A program made the position numbers and the translations under genes. From the human T2T-CHM13v2.0 reference genome, Homo sapiens, in NCBI RefSeq assembly GCF_009914755.1, contig NC_060927.1: 64,000 bases of DNA; one strand, written 5' to 3'. Under the pieces are notes generated by a model. The model saw nothing but the letters and a program-made list of their open reading frames with translations, was not told the origin of the DNA and did not search any database. Below, piece after piece: positions 11,328-27,445 of this stretch. Numbering within the stretch: the first letter of the stretch is position 1; the number at the start of each line of letters is the position of its first letter.

Positions 11328-13178
11328 TCAGAAAACCTCGGGACTGAAAAGGCCCTCAGAGGTGGTGTGACCCACAGTAAATTACTTGGTATCAGCAGAC
11401 CTGGCTTTCGCCCTCTGCTGAGAGGCCTCAGGCAAACTATCAGCCTCTCTGAGCTGGTTTCCTTAGCTGAAAAAAAGGGATAATAGTTTATGCCTCTAGA
11501 GCTTTGGCAGCCTCAGTGAATTCTATTTGGCTCTCAAGGCCCTGTGTGATTGGACCACTCCAGCCTCCCTGCCTCCTCCCTGTTCCTCCAAGCATCCAGC
11601 TAAGCTTCCAAGCACCGACACTTGTCTTTCCCTCAGGGATCGGCAGGCCACATCCCCTCCCAGTTCCTCCATCTCTGCTCAGATGTCTAGCTCCCCTACT
11701 GGAGTGAGACTGCCATGGGGGACTGAATTATAAATCTAGCCTCCTCATTTTACGGATGGGCCAGGGGGAGGCGGGTAAGTGGTGCTCTGCTCACCAGAGG
11801 GGCAGGATTTTGCCCATGTTAAAAGCCAGTAGGCAGCAGAGGCCACCTGGACACTTTCCCTCAGGCAGCTGCCCTCACTGTCCAGCAGGGAACAAAGTGA
11901 CTTGCCTGCTGTGGCTTAGCTCTCCCTGGTTGGAAGTCCTGCTGCCCTACAGGAGGTAAGCCCCAGCCTGGAGAAGCCACACTCCTAGGGAACATATTCC
12001 TGAGAGTCCAAGAGGGTCAGCAAGGCTAAGCCCCAGAGACCCTTCCTTCCCGGCCTGGATTCTCAGAAGCTCCTGGCCCTGCTGGTGGGAGAAGAGAAAG
12101 CAAGTGGCCCCAACACCCTCTTTATGCCCTACTTCTGGCACACCCTTCTGAAACGTTCTGACCTCATCTGGGCTGAGGACTGAGACCAAGGGTCTGACCA
12201 TCCTTGGCTGGGGAGGGGTTGGGGGGCTACTGGGGTGTTGAAAGAGGGTGCAGTGGGGGCAGCAGCACCTCCAGCATCCCAGCCTGGAGGGGGCTGGGAT
12301 GGGTGGGATGGGAGGTCAGACAGAGGCAGGCCCAGCCTCTCCACATTGGAGACCCTTCCTCCCTGGGAGTCAGCCATCCCAGAAATGGCTTCTGGCTCTG
12401 GCATCCTCCAGCTCGCCCCAGCCCCACAAGATGCTGATGCTGCTCATCTGAATACTGCACCTTGAGAACCACTGTGTTCGAGCGATAGACCTTTCAGTTA
12501 AGGATAGCATTTCCCAGCTTCCCTCTGCACCTGGCTATGCCCAACTGTCTGGCTGATGGGATGAGAGCAGAAGTGACATATGCAACCGTAAAAGGTAAGG
12601 AGAAGTTTGTCTCCTTCCCTTCTCCCCTTCCTGCTGCTGATGGGAAAGCTCAGGCAGTCATTGTAGACCAGAAGATGGAAGCTGCATGTTGAGAACAGTG
12701 GAGCCACAAAACAGAGGGAGCTTGGGTCCCCAAACCTCTGGTGAGGCTACTTCCTGCTTATATCAACTTGACCATTGCAGGAGGCACAAAGGGACTCCTC
12801 CCCTGCTTCAGCCACTGTTGCTTGGGCTTCCCCAGCAGACCAGCTGTGCCCCATGACCACTTTGAATGAAGTCAGCTCAGGATAGAGGGTTGAGGGCTAG
12901 GGTGGCTGGGGGCATTCAGCACTGCCACCTCATGCTGAGGGCTTACAGGTGGCCAGGCCAGGGCCACACGAGGCAATGGAGCTCTGGGGCTCCTGCTTCT
13001 GACTGAGAGGCCTGGGGAAAAGAACACCCTACAGTGGAGGCAGGCAGAGCTCCACCCTGATGGAAGCTCTGCTTCCCACATGCTCACTGATGGGCTGAAC
13101 AGTGCAGCTGCCTGGCTCCTCTGTTAGCAGCAACACTGCCTCCACCCCCTGCACTGAGACTACTGCCCTGGCCCCTAC

Positions 13179-13333
13179 CTGTTTTGGTCCTGGGAGCTGC
13201 TCTCTGGGAGGCTGATGCCTTCCCTGGCTCCAGGCGTATCTTCTCCAGATGTTGCTCCAGCACCACGGTGCGGTGTCGCTCCTCCTGCAGCTTCCTCTCT
13301 GACTCCAGGAGCTTGCTGTTGCTCTCCTCCACC
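13179..13333 (-). CDS. CCDC13: CCDC13 exon 14
   Basis: aatcaccag|G..ACAG|gtaggg; VEESNSKLLESERKLQEERHRTVVLEQHLEKIRLEPGKASASQRAAPRTKT; 155 nt. Confidence 0.95.
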
Positions 13334-13784
13334 CTGGTGATTAGAGAGGAGGGGATGCTACATGCCCTGGCAGGCAGGGGCAGGCCCTACCCCACTTGCT
13401 CAGGCCCTTAGAGAGATGGGCACATCTTACATTGGTGGTGATGGGACCTCTTCATTTTCATTGCAGTAACACAGGAACATGCATTTAAACACCATATGGT
13501 TCTCTCCAAGGTTAAAATTTAAAAATTATCAGCCCACTCCCAGCCCCATCATTCCCAATTCCTGCTCTCTAAAAGCAATCACTTATAACACTTCTAGCTG
13601 TTTCTTTTAATATTTACTGCCATATTTCTACAGATGCTTATGTTGCTATTTTTAGGTTTATATAAGGTTTAAATATAATCTTTTGACTTCCTGTCATGCA
13701 AAATAAGAATTTAGTTTTATTTTAGTACTCTCCTCCTACGAAACAGAATCACCTGTATACGTTTTTGGATGAATTGATATTAGG

Positions 13785-14380
13785 TATCAGTTTTCTATCA
13801 CAGCTATAACAAATTACCATAAATTTAGCAGCTTAAAACAACACAAATCTATTATCTCACAGTTCTGTAAGTCAGAGGCCTGGCAAGCTCAGTGGGTTTC
13901 TCTGCTTCTGGTTTCACAAGCCGAAATCAAGGGGTTGGCTGACCTGGGCTCTTATCTGGAGGTTCCGGGGGAAAATCCACTTTCAGGCCCATTCAGAGTG
14001 TTGACAGAATCCAGTTCCAGGTAGTTGAAGGACTGAGGTCCCTGTTCCCTGCAGGCTGCTGGTCAATTTCACCTTCTAGGAGCCACCTTGCCCCCTCCAT
14101 CTTTAAAGCCAGCTAGATACCCTTAACACACTTTGAATCTCACTACCCTCTCTGACTTCCTCCACAGCAACTCTCTGAATAATCCCAGACGGAGATATTT
14201 CTCTGCTTTTAAGGGCTCAAAAGATTACATTGAGCCCACCAGATAATCCAGGATAATCTTTCCATTTTAGGGTCCATAACAATAATCATATCTGCAAAAT
14301 CTCTTTTTCATGTAACATAAAGCACTCACAGGCATAACAGCAGGGAGCAAAGGGCATAGACACCAAAAGCCTGTCTACGT
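13785..14380. mobile_element. MaLR (MLT1-like) solo LTR
   Basis: Typical motifs ataacaaattacc..ttaaaacaacacaaatctattatctcacagttctg and gattacattgagcccaccagataatccaggataatct. Confidence 0.7.
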
Positions 14381-15026
14381 TAGGACAATTAGTTAGAGCC
14401 ATGACGCACAGTGTCATATGTCCTTTCTCATTTAATTGTTCGCTTTTCTTGGAGTTAGTGATTATCTTAAGCTTATTGTTTTGTTTTCTACATGCCTGTC
14501 ATAAATGTTATTTCACATGAAGCACTTGTTTAATCCCACTGGAGCTTGAGCTTAGGTCCTTCCTGTGGCTAGGTGTGCCATTTCAGACTTCTATGATACT
14601 AAAGGTTCATTTAGTGAGAAAGCCAGAACTCCCTGAGATCTAACCCAAGCCAAGAGTTACATGCACACCTGAAAATTAGAGGGGCAGCCTTGAAACTGAC
14701 AGTGTTGGAGGAAGTGATCTTTCCACCTTGGTGAAGGGTCAAAAGGAACAGAATGACAACAATTTTGAACAGTATACAACTACTAATAAAAAGCTGTATA
14801 GTAACACAGTAAACAGCTACTAACACATATTTAAGCATATTCCTTGAGATTTTATTTGCAAAAGCAAAAACCCAAAACAACCTAAAGGCCCATCATCAGG
14901 GGACAAACAAGTAAGTGGTAACATATTCATACTATAGAACGTGATAGAATATGATAGAGCTGTGCTGCCCAACACAGTGACTGCGAGGTTCATGTCCACA
15001 TGTAGCCATTAAAATTAAAGTTCAGG

Positions 15027-15345
<319 letters not shown>

Positions 15346-15348
15346 TCA

Positions 15349-15662
<314 letters not shown>

Positions 15663-15779
15663 TTAAAAATTCATTTCCTCAGTCACACTAGTGACATTTC
15701 AAGTTCTTAAACTGTATTGGTCAGTGCAGATACTGAACAACTCCATCATCACAGAAAGTTCCACTGGTCAGTAGTGGAG

Positions 15780-16020
15780 TGTGTTAGTTATCATGAGAGT
15801 GGGTTTCTGATAAAGGATAACTTTGTCCCCACTTCAACTTTCCCCATGCCATTTCCCTTCTGCCTTCCACCACGGGATGCGGCAAGAAGGCCCTTGTCAG
15901 ACGCTGGCACCTTGATATTGGACTTCCCAGCCGCCAGAGCTGTGAGAAATAAATTTCTTTTCTTTATAAATTACTCAGTCTGTGGTATTCTGTTATAGCA
16001 ACACAAAATGGACTAAGACA
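15780..16020 (+). mobile_element. MST-type MaLR LTR fragment
   Basis: 3' end aaattactcagtctgtggtattctgttatagcaacacaaaatggactaagaca. Confidence 0.75.
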
Positions 16021-16469
16021 CATCCTTGGACCCAGCTGGGTAACATACCTGAACTCCAGGACAAGGAGAAAAATCTTATAACAACAGCACAGCTAATACT
16101 TTTTTTGAGTGCTTTCCACATACCAACTACTGTGTTAAGGCACTGCATAAGCATTATTATGTTTAATTCTGTAAGTAAACAAGATGTACTAATATTACTT
16201 CAAGAAGACACAGAAAATCTAAATTTGAAAAAAGGTTGTCAAAGATCTACCTCCAAAAAAAAAAAAATCAGGTCAAGCCAGGTTCTCAAGAAAGTTCTAT
16301 CTAACCTCCAAGGAACCAATGATTTTTGCTATTCTGACAATTCCACAATATAGAAGAAATAGATGGCTTCCTATAAGTTTACAAAAAACTTGATTTCCCA
16401 GTTAATAATAGGGTAAATGTATTAGTACTGCTGCATAACAAGTTACCACAAATAGTGGCTTGAAACAAT

Positions 16470-17685
<1,216 letters not shown>

Positions 17686-18054
17686 ATTTATTATTTCACA
17701 GTTTCTGTAGGTTAGAAGTCCAAGGTTGGCCTAGCTAATTTGTCAGTGTCTTACATGGCTGAAGTCAAGGTGTCAGAAGGAGTTGCTATCTCATCTGATG
17801 CATGGGATCCTTTTCCAAGCTCACTCAGGTTGTTAGCAGAAGTTAGTCCCCTGTAGTTCTAGGACTGTGGTCTCCATTTTCTTGCTGGCTAATGACTTGG
17901 TTGGTTGTCAGCTCCTAGATTTTTCTCCCTATTCTGGAGTTCAGGTATGTTACCCAGCTGGGTCTAATGATGTGTCTTCGTCCATTTTGTGTTGTTATTG
18001 CATAATACCACAACCATCCACCGCCATGTTGTTCTCTCCAAAGCACAGTGGTTT

Positions 18055-18606
18055 TGTCAGAGGCGTTTGAACAAGAGCAACTCCATCTTAAATAGGAGCT
18101 GGGTGAAATAAGGCTGAAACCAACTGCTGCACTCCCAGATGGTTAAGGCATTCTAAGTCACAGGATGAGATAGGAGGTCAGCACAAGATACAGGGTCATA
18201 AAGACCCTGCTGATAGAACAGGTTACAGTAAAAAAGGTGGTCCAAACCCACCAAAACCAAGATGATGATGAAAGTGACCTCTGGATGTCCTCACTGCTAC
18301 ACTCCCACCAGCGCCATGACAGTTTACAGATGCCACGGCAATGCCAGGAAGTTACCCTATATGGCCTAGAAAGGGGAGGCATAAATAACCCACCCCTTGT
18401 TTAGCACATCATCAAGAAATAACCATAAAAACGGGCAACCAGCAGCCCTGGGGACTGCTGTGTCTGTGGAGTAGCCATTCTTTTATTCCTTTACTTTCTT
18501 AATAAACTTGCTTTTGCTTTGTGCTGTGGACTCGCCCTGAATTCTTTCTTGCATGAGATCCAAGAACCCTCTCTTGGGGTCTGGATCGGGACCCTTTCCT
18601 GTAACA
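18055..18606 (+). mobile_element. 5' LTR (MER41A-like)
   Basis: tgtcagaggcgtttgaac..ctttcctgtaaca, 552 bp, internal AATAAA. Confidence 0.9.
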
Positions 18607-19397
18607 TCTTTCTGGTGGCCACTGAAGGGACTAAAGTGAGGAAACCCCCAACTCAAAGGTTAACTTTGCATAAGTGTTGGGGTCCTGTAACATCTTTCTG
18701 GTGACCACGGAAGCGACTATAGTGAGGAAACCCCTGACCCAAAGGCTAACTTTGGGTAAGTGGTGGGATCCAGTAACATCTTTCTGGTGAACCACAGAAG
18801 GGATGATACTGAGGAGAACCCCCCAACCCAAAGGAAATAGACTTCAGCACTGATTGGATGACTTTGGGTAAGTGGGGTACATAAACCCAGGTAAAGGATG
18901 GGATTGGGTTAGAGGCCCAACTTAGGGGAGTTAGCATCTCTCCTAAGACAAAGTGGGTCAGAGGCCCCTCTTAATAAAAAACAAAGATGCTTGACTGACC
19001 TTGGGTTAGAGGCCCAACTTAGGAGGGTTAGAGTCCCTTCTAAGATGTAGGGAGTTAGTGGTCCTCTCAGTAAAGTTCCTCTCGGTAAAGTCCCTTTCAG
19101 CTAAAAATGGGTTTGGCACTCCGGGATGTTAACTGCTATTCTCTTTGGATTAATCTGTCTTGCACTCTTCGCTGATGGCTGTGGGTGACAAGATTAGGCA
19201 CGTACAGGACTGTGGGACATGGGGAGCTTTTTCTTCCCTAAAAGGGAAAGCTGAGAGCGGATGGGACTGCTGGAAAAGATCCCTTCACTTACTGACAAGC
19301 AGCCGCCTGAACTTTTCAGTGTCGCTGCAATGGGTGGGTCTTTCTCTGGCCTCTCTGAGCACCTCACCTTCCCCACTCTGCCTCAGGCAGTGCTTTC

Positions 19398-19402
<5 letters not shown>

Positions 19403-19438
<36 letters not shown>
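19403..19438. repeat. (TC)n microsatellite in the ERV internal region
   Basis: Perfect TC run of about 18 units. Confidence 0.95.
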
Positions 19439-19443
<5 letters not shown>

Positions 19444-22363
19444 AGACTGGTAAAAATCATTGTTTATCTCCTGTAAAGTTTTAATTAATTAGAAAAAGGA
19501 TTTGTGAGGCTAGTCTTAAGCTGCAGCGAATCTGGTGTGCTTTACGTGTTTTTCTGTATTGTTCCATCATAAAGAGGGGTACCTTATGATGGAACACAGG
19601 CTTAGGACACCCATAAGCCTGCTTTTCAAGACGGCCCAGCAAACTGGTCAGTTACAAACTTTGCTGCAGATCCCTGAAAAACCTGGATGAGGTTTCCTTC
19701 TTGTCTTGTAAATCCTTGGGAGCTTGACCTTGTAACCATGTGGCCATGCTTTCTCTTTTCACAATGGCAGCCTGGGTTCAGGGTTCCATTCCCAGCTTAG
19801 GGGATGACTCCTTTATCTTCTGTCTATATGTATATGTATTATGTGTGTGATGTTTATACATGAAAGAACTTTAATTGGTTTGAAAATAATAAGAGCTTAA
19901 ATATTTTATCAGAAAAATAAAAAGCATAATGTCTTTTAGTTCCTGTGACTTAAGTAATTTTTGGGAAATAGAGTTTTAAAGATTATTGGTAAAATAAAAA
20001 TATCTTCAAAAATGTAAACATTTAGTCTAAATTATGCAGGTCAGATATTACATTTACTAAATTCTTTAAGATCATAAACTGCTTCTTTGACTTTTGAAAA
20101 TTGTTCAATTTACCTACTTTGGAGCATTAGATTCTACATAAGGCCTGGGGACATGTGGAATTAGCCATGCCCCCTAGCTATGCAAAGATGGTTATAAAGA
20201 AAAGAGATTTTATGTAAGAAAGGATGTTGTATGGTAAATTCTCGTCCTAAAGTAAAATGACTAGTTGTTTAAAAAAAGGGAATTTACGCAAGAAATGTTG
20301 TGTAATTTGAAGGTTGTTAGGCCTCCTAAATGCCTCGTAAAATGCCATTATGACTCTTAACTGTATGACTTACCTGCTTTACAGCTAGGTAAGGCCTGGG
20401 ACACATTAGAAGTTAGACGCTGGAAAGAGTCAGACCTTATCTGCACTTCTGTTTGCTGTCCTAGGCTCCATACTAGTACATAATTAAAATCCCAAACTTA
20501 CCAAGGTTTTCACCAAAAGTAAAAGTTGCTAAGAGTTAACACTGTAACATGTAATTGAGACTACTGAAGAAACAGTTTTACATGCGAGGTGTGTAAAGAA
20601 AGTGAAATGTGTTTTTGGTGAAAAATTATAAGAAGTCATGGGAATGTGGATTTTTCTTGCCTAGATTAAAGGTTAAAGGATTGTTTTAAGTTAGAATAAA
20701 ACTAAAGGTTTAAGCAAGGGGTGGAAGGTTTGTGAAAAATTAATTGTAAAAGACATTCTGTGTGTGAACATACTGACTAAAGTTAAAGGGGTATTATTCA
20801 GCTTTTCCGTCAATTAAACATTGGAATAAAAGCACAACAGGTTTTTCTTAGAGCAAAAACCTGCCTATGATCTCTTTAACAAAAATTTGTAAAGGGTTAT
20901 ACAAAGTTTGTAAGAATCTCACCTTATGTTCAAACTGATTAAGATTAAATAAATTTATCTATAAGGTTTTATTAAGAATTGGATTTGACATCAATAACGC
21001 ACTAATGCAACAGTAACATTTGGCTTATCGGGTATAAAAATCATATAGAAAGCATTGTCAAATATGAAATAGTGTTTGGCTTTCGTCAGGCTATATTTGT
21101 ATAAATGTGTTACTGGTATATGTTCCAAAATTATTTTTAAAACTCCTATAATTCTGATATGACTTAATGTGTTATTAATAATTATTACATAAAATCATTG
21201 TGTGCCACAGAGGCAACCAAAATTTCCTAGTCAATTGTGGATTTAATAGTGGCTGTCCTAAGACTTTTTATCATCTACAATTGTTGTCCTGTTTTAATCC
21301 TCTTTAGAAGGTGGTTTATAATCAACTACAGGACTTTGACAGATGTTCTTGAATGCAAGTTTCTGATAACTTTGGAAATTGTAACATTAGAATAGAGGAA
21401 AACACTTTCAGGACTCATAGAGAGCTGAAATGTTCCTGAATATCAAACAGAAGTTAACTGCATGTACTAAACTGAAGAAGTCTAAAGTAATCTTTTTAAT
21501 TTTGTTTCAAACGTTGCTGATCCTTTGTTTTGTTTTTCAGAGTCAAGGAAACTTTTCAGCTATTTACAGCTTTTAACAATTGAGTAAAGCATACTCCTGT
21601 GAACAAAATTTGGAACATATTTGTTTCTCTCTACCTGATTTCTCCACAATTTGGAAACTATGTGTGAGTATTCTTAACTTATGGCAACGTAGTTATTTGC
21701 ATAATTGCAATACAAATCTGTTTTCTTTTGCAACAGGACACAATTGGAGAAATTGGTTATTTTACCAAAACTTTGACTTGAATGGTGTGCTTTCCTTTAA
21801 GGAATCAAATTTGACTTGTAGAGCCAATAAAAACCCCTTGGGCAACTGACCTTGTTTATTCCTGTGAGCCAGCCAGTGATCTCTGACTGCTGTCCAGAAG
21901 AAACACGAGGGATGGGTCATGTGAAAATCTGGATCAGTATTCTAATTCTGGGCATGTATTGGAATTGGCTAGCAACCCCATATCAGCTTGGTTCCAACAG
22001 TTGGCCAGTTCATGGAAAGCCTTCTAATTTAGTTTACTTGGGATAATTTTACTTACCTTGCTTTACTGTTGTGGAATATATTGCTGTTGTACTCTTTGTA
22101 TAGGAATGCAGGATAAGCTTACTGAATACTTTCTTAAATTGAACACTTATTAATCTTCCAGATATCACCTTTTGTTGGACTCAAGAGTTATGAATGGCCC
22201 TCACCATACTGATGCTTTCTGACTGAGCTCCTCACTACCCTGAACACAAGAGGGAGGAATATCATCGCCCCTATTCAGCCTGGAGAAGTTACAAAAGATG
22301 GATCTTCGTCCCTCTGCAACCCTTAGGATTAATGGTTCTCCTATAAAAGGGATGGGGGGAAAA

Positions 22364-23234
<871 letters not shown>

Positions 23235-24504
23235 GTTTGCAGGAGAATGTCTTCAAGGCCAGCAAGAAAATACTGCTTCCACTCTGGCTTCCTCTGTCTC
23301 TGACAGCTAGACTCAGACTAAAAGGACTCATATGATTAGGTCAGGCCCACTCAGAGAGTCTCCTGTTTGATTAACACAAAGTCATCTGATGAGTAACCTT
23401 AAATAGCTCTGCAAAATCCCCTTGGCCATGTAAGTTAACATAATTGTGGCAATAATATCCTACCATATTCACAGGTTCTGCCCACGCTCAAGGGAAGAGA
23501 AGTTTATAAGGCATGTATATCGGGGGTGGGAATGTTAGAATTCTGCCTACCACAGTAAAAATAGAGGAAAAAAGAAAGAACATTAAATTCAATGGCATTG
23601 TAAGAGAGTAACACAACATAGTTCCAAGAACACTAGAGCTGTAAGATTCAACATCGGAATTAGGTTAAAGGAAAAAATCAGGTAATCCTTCCAATAGATA
23701 CTGAAGAAGCACTGGTAAAATCAGTAGCTATTCCTGACTTTAAAAACTCAAAGTAAAATGAGAATAGAAGGAAACAACACAATAAAGTATTTTAAAATCA
23801 GAAACTAATAACCCATCAATAGAAGAATGGTAAATAAATAACAGTGGATTTATACAATAAAATATTCTGTAACCATAAAAGGAAAACGTACTGACATGAA
23901 AATGCAATATACTAAGTAAAATAAGTAGCAGAAGATTATGCATACTATATGATCTAATTAAAAAATTTACAACAAATTAAAAATTTAAAAACAAATAAAT
24001 ATAAGGTTAATATAATTCAGCCACTTGACTGAAAACAAAAAGGAATATGTGGCAGCTATTGACTCAACTGTGGGGGAGGGGCTTTCACTTTTCTGTTATG
24101 AATTTCAATAATGTATGCATTTTGTTTAACTCCATTTATAATAGGGGAAATAATAAACCAACAGCAAAACATCATATAAAATAGCAAACCACATTGTGAA
24201 TTCCCACAAAATTTTAGGAATAAGCAAACTCTTGATTTCTCTCCTTCTCCCCTATAACGTGCCTTCCACATCTCAATAAATATTATCCTCACTCATGCAG
24301 TTGCTCAGCCCAGATACCCGGGGGTCACCCTTGCCTTCTCTTTCTTCCTCATCTTCAGCTTCCAATCTATCAGCAGGCTCTACAACTTTTCCTGCAAATA
24401 TGCACCAAAACCAGCTCTTTCTCTGTCCTCGCCCCCTCTCCAGACCTGAGGCTGCTCCTCCTGCCTGGGATCTACAGATGTCCGTAAGCTTCAAGACCTC
24501 TTGC

Positions 24505-24800
24505 ACACTTTGGTATTCTGATTATTCTCTTTTGACCAATCTCTGGTCTCACTGATTTTCTTCAGTTGTTAACAGGCCTAACTCAGCTAGATCCTAATTT
24601 GTCAATGTATTTGATTGCGATTCTAATAGTTCTCCAAACTCATGTTCATCAATCTCATGAAATTCCAAATATTTTGAAAGATTTACCTTTTTGCTTCATA
24701 ATTGATTTTCATTGTATTTCAAGAGTCTGACCAAAGTGACCCAATGCCAATGTGAAGTGAAGAATATTAAATAGTCAAATGATGACTGTTTTAATATTAA
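24505..24800 (-). mobile_element. Ancient Tigger/pogo-like transposase remnant
   Basis: Minus-strand translation LEFHEIDEHEFGELLESQSNTLTN*DLAEL resembles the acidic C-terminal motif of Tigger transposases. Confidence 0.5.
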
Positions 24801-25380
24801 AAATGTTGCTTTCATGGGGACTGTAACTGTGGGGGTGCTGGTAAAAAATACTCAGATAAGGAGGTTTCCCCCTACCTAAGAATGCTAAGAATGAATTTAG
24901 CATAATGACACAAAATCTTCATGAAGACAAACATACATAATATTACACATTATATACATAATACCATATATATGATACATAAAGTGTTCTTTTATAAGTC
25001 AAATAAAAATATAAACAACTCTAAAACATGTGCAATGGCATGAATAGGTAGTTAAAAGAAAAAAACATAAAAGTTATGTGGAAAATATACTTATCCTCAC
25101 TTTTGGTCATAGCAAAGCAGATAAAAACAAGGAGATATTAGCATTTCCTTGTTAGTTTGGCAAAAATGTTAAAGATTAATAAAACATAGTAACTGTGAGG
25201 GTATGGGGAAAACAGTTCACATTATTGGTAAGAATGTAAATTGATTCATTTTAAAAGGCAATTTGTCATGATTTGTGAACATTTTAAATGTGCATATTCT
25301 TTGATTCAGCCATTTCTTTTTTAGGAATTTGTGATACAGATATACTCCCATAAAAATGTAAAGATGCATTTAATGTAAGT

Positions 25381-25593
<213 letters not shown>

Positions 25594-26057
25594 CTACAAG
25601 TTCAGGAAAGTAGTAAGGAAGCCTGCAGTCTATCAGGGCCTTGGGAAATGGGGAGGAGGGGAGGAAGCACCAATCATGTGAAACTGAAACACAAGGGCAG
25701 CATTCATGTGTTCAGGGAATCTAAGCCAATAAATTCACATAAAGTACCAATCAGAGACCACTGAAACCCTAAAAGCTTCACAGAGACAAATGCAGAACAC
25801 CTCCACAGAAACACGGTCATCACCTAAGAACTCCTACAAGGAAAAAAGCCCCACTGAAGATAAGCTCATAAAATCACAAAAATTGAAACCACACAAGGAA
25901 ATAATTTACTACAAGGGGAGAGCCGACAGACATTACTTAGGATCCTAATTAATGAAGATGGTAGAAAACTCTAAAGGGAATAAGTTCAAAATTATTAAAA
26001 GGAGAAAGGCAAAAATTGTAATGAAAGAACAAATGCTATAAGAAAGAGAACAAGAGG

Positions 26058-26420
<363 letters not shown>

Positions 26421-26664
26421 TGAAGCACAACTGAAGATATTTAGTGATCTAGAAAGCTGATTTGAAGAAATCACCCAGAATTCAGCCCAAAATAGTAAGG
26501 GTAAAGAGATGTGGAGGAAAGAATAAGTCTAACATATATGGACTAGGAATTTTAGATTAAAAGAATAGGGAGAGTGAGGAAGAGGCAATATATGGACAGC
26601 AGTCCTTGGGAATATATAAAGTCCTTGGATTGAAAAAGAACACTAACTTCTGAGTAGATAAAAT

Positions 26665-26860
26665 TACGTATAACATATTTACATATATTTACATATGTAT
26701 ACTTTACATATACATACATACAAATATACACACATATTTACATGTATATATAAAATATATATTTACATATATGTAAAGTCACACATATATACATATATAC
26801 ATATATGGGCATATTACATATATACATATGTGTGTGTGTATACGTATATGTATATACGTA
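26665..26860. repeat. (TA/CATA)n AT-rich microsatellite within old L1M sequence
   Basis: acatat/tatata repeats. Confidence 0.9.
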
Positions 26861-27113
26861 TCACAGTGAAATTTCAAAGCTTCAAAGACAAAGAGAATAA
26901 TCTGAAGAAGCATCGGAGAGAAAGGACAAATCTATTAAGGAATGACAATAAAACTGATAGCAGATTTCTTTTTAGCAATAGTAGATGATAAAAAACAATA
27001 GGATAGCCTGAAAGTGCTGAGAAAAAAATACCCATCTATTTAGAATTCTATGCCCAAATTTCTCTTAAATTCTCATTCAAGACAGGCAAAATAAAGACAT
27101 TTAAAAATAAACA

Positions 27114-27445
27114 GGCCAGGCGTGGTGGCTCATGCCCTTACTCCCAGCACTTTGGGAGGCTGAGGCAGGCAGATCACCTGAGGTCAGGAGTTCGAAATCA
27201 GCCTGGCCAACATGGTGAAACCCCATCTCTACTAAAAATACAAAAATTAGGTGGGCGTAGTGGCTCACACCTGTAGTCCCAGCTACTCGGGAGGCTGAGG
27301 CACTAGAACCACTTGAACCTGGGAGGCGGAGGTTGCAGTAAGCTGAGATCATGCCACTGCACGCCAGCCTGGGTGACAGAGAGAGACTCGGTCTCAAAAA
27401 AAGAAAAGAAAAATAAATAAATAAATAAATAAAATAAAAATAAAC
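27114..27445 (+). mobile_element. Alu (S-type) with (TAAA)n tail
   Basis: Full dimer. Confidence 0.92.

Noticed and set aside
18597-18835. CRISPR-like array (also considered for 60594-60777)
   Set aside because: Whole units are homologous with no unique spacers; human TE-derived tandem duplications
18607-22363. Retroviral gag/pol/env genes in the provirus interior
   Set aside because: AT-rich, no ORF above ~100 aa and no recognisable retroviral motifs; non-autonomous
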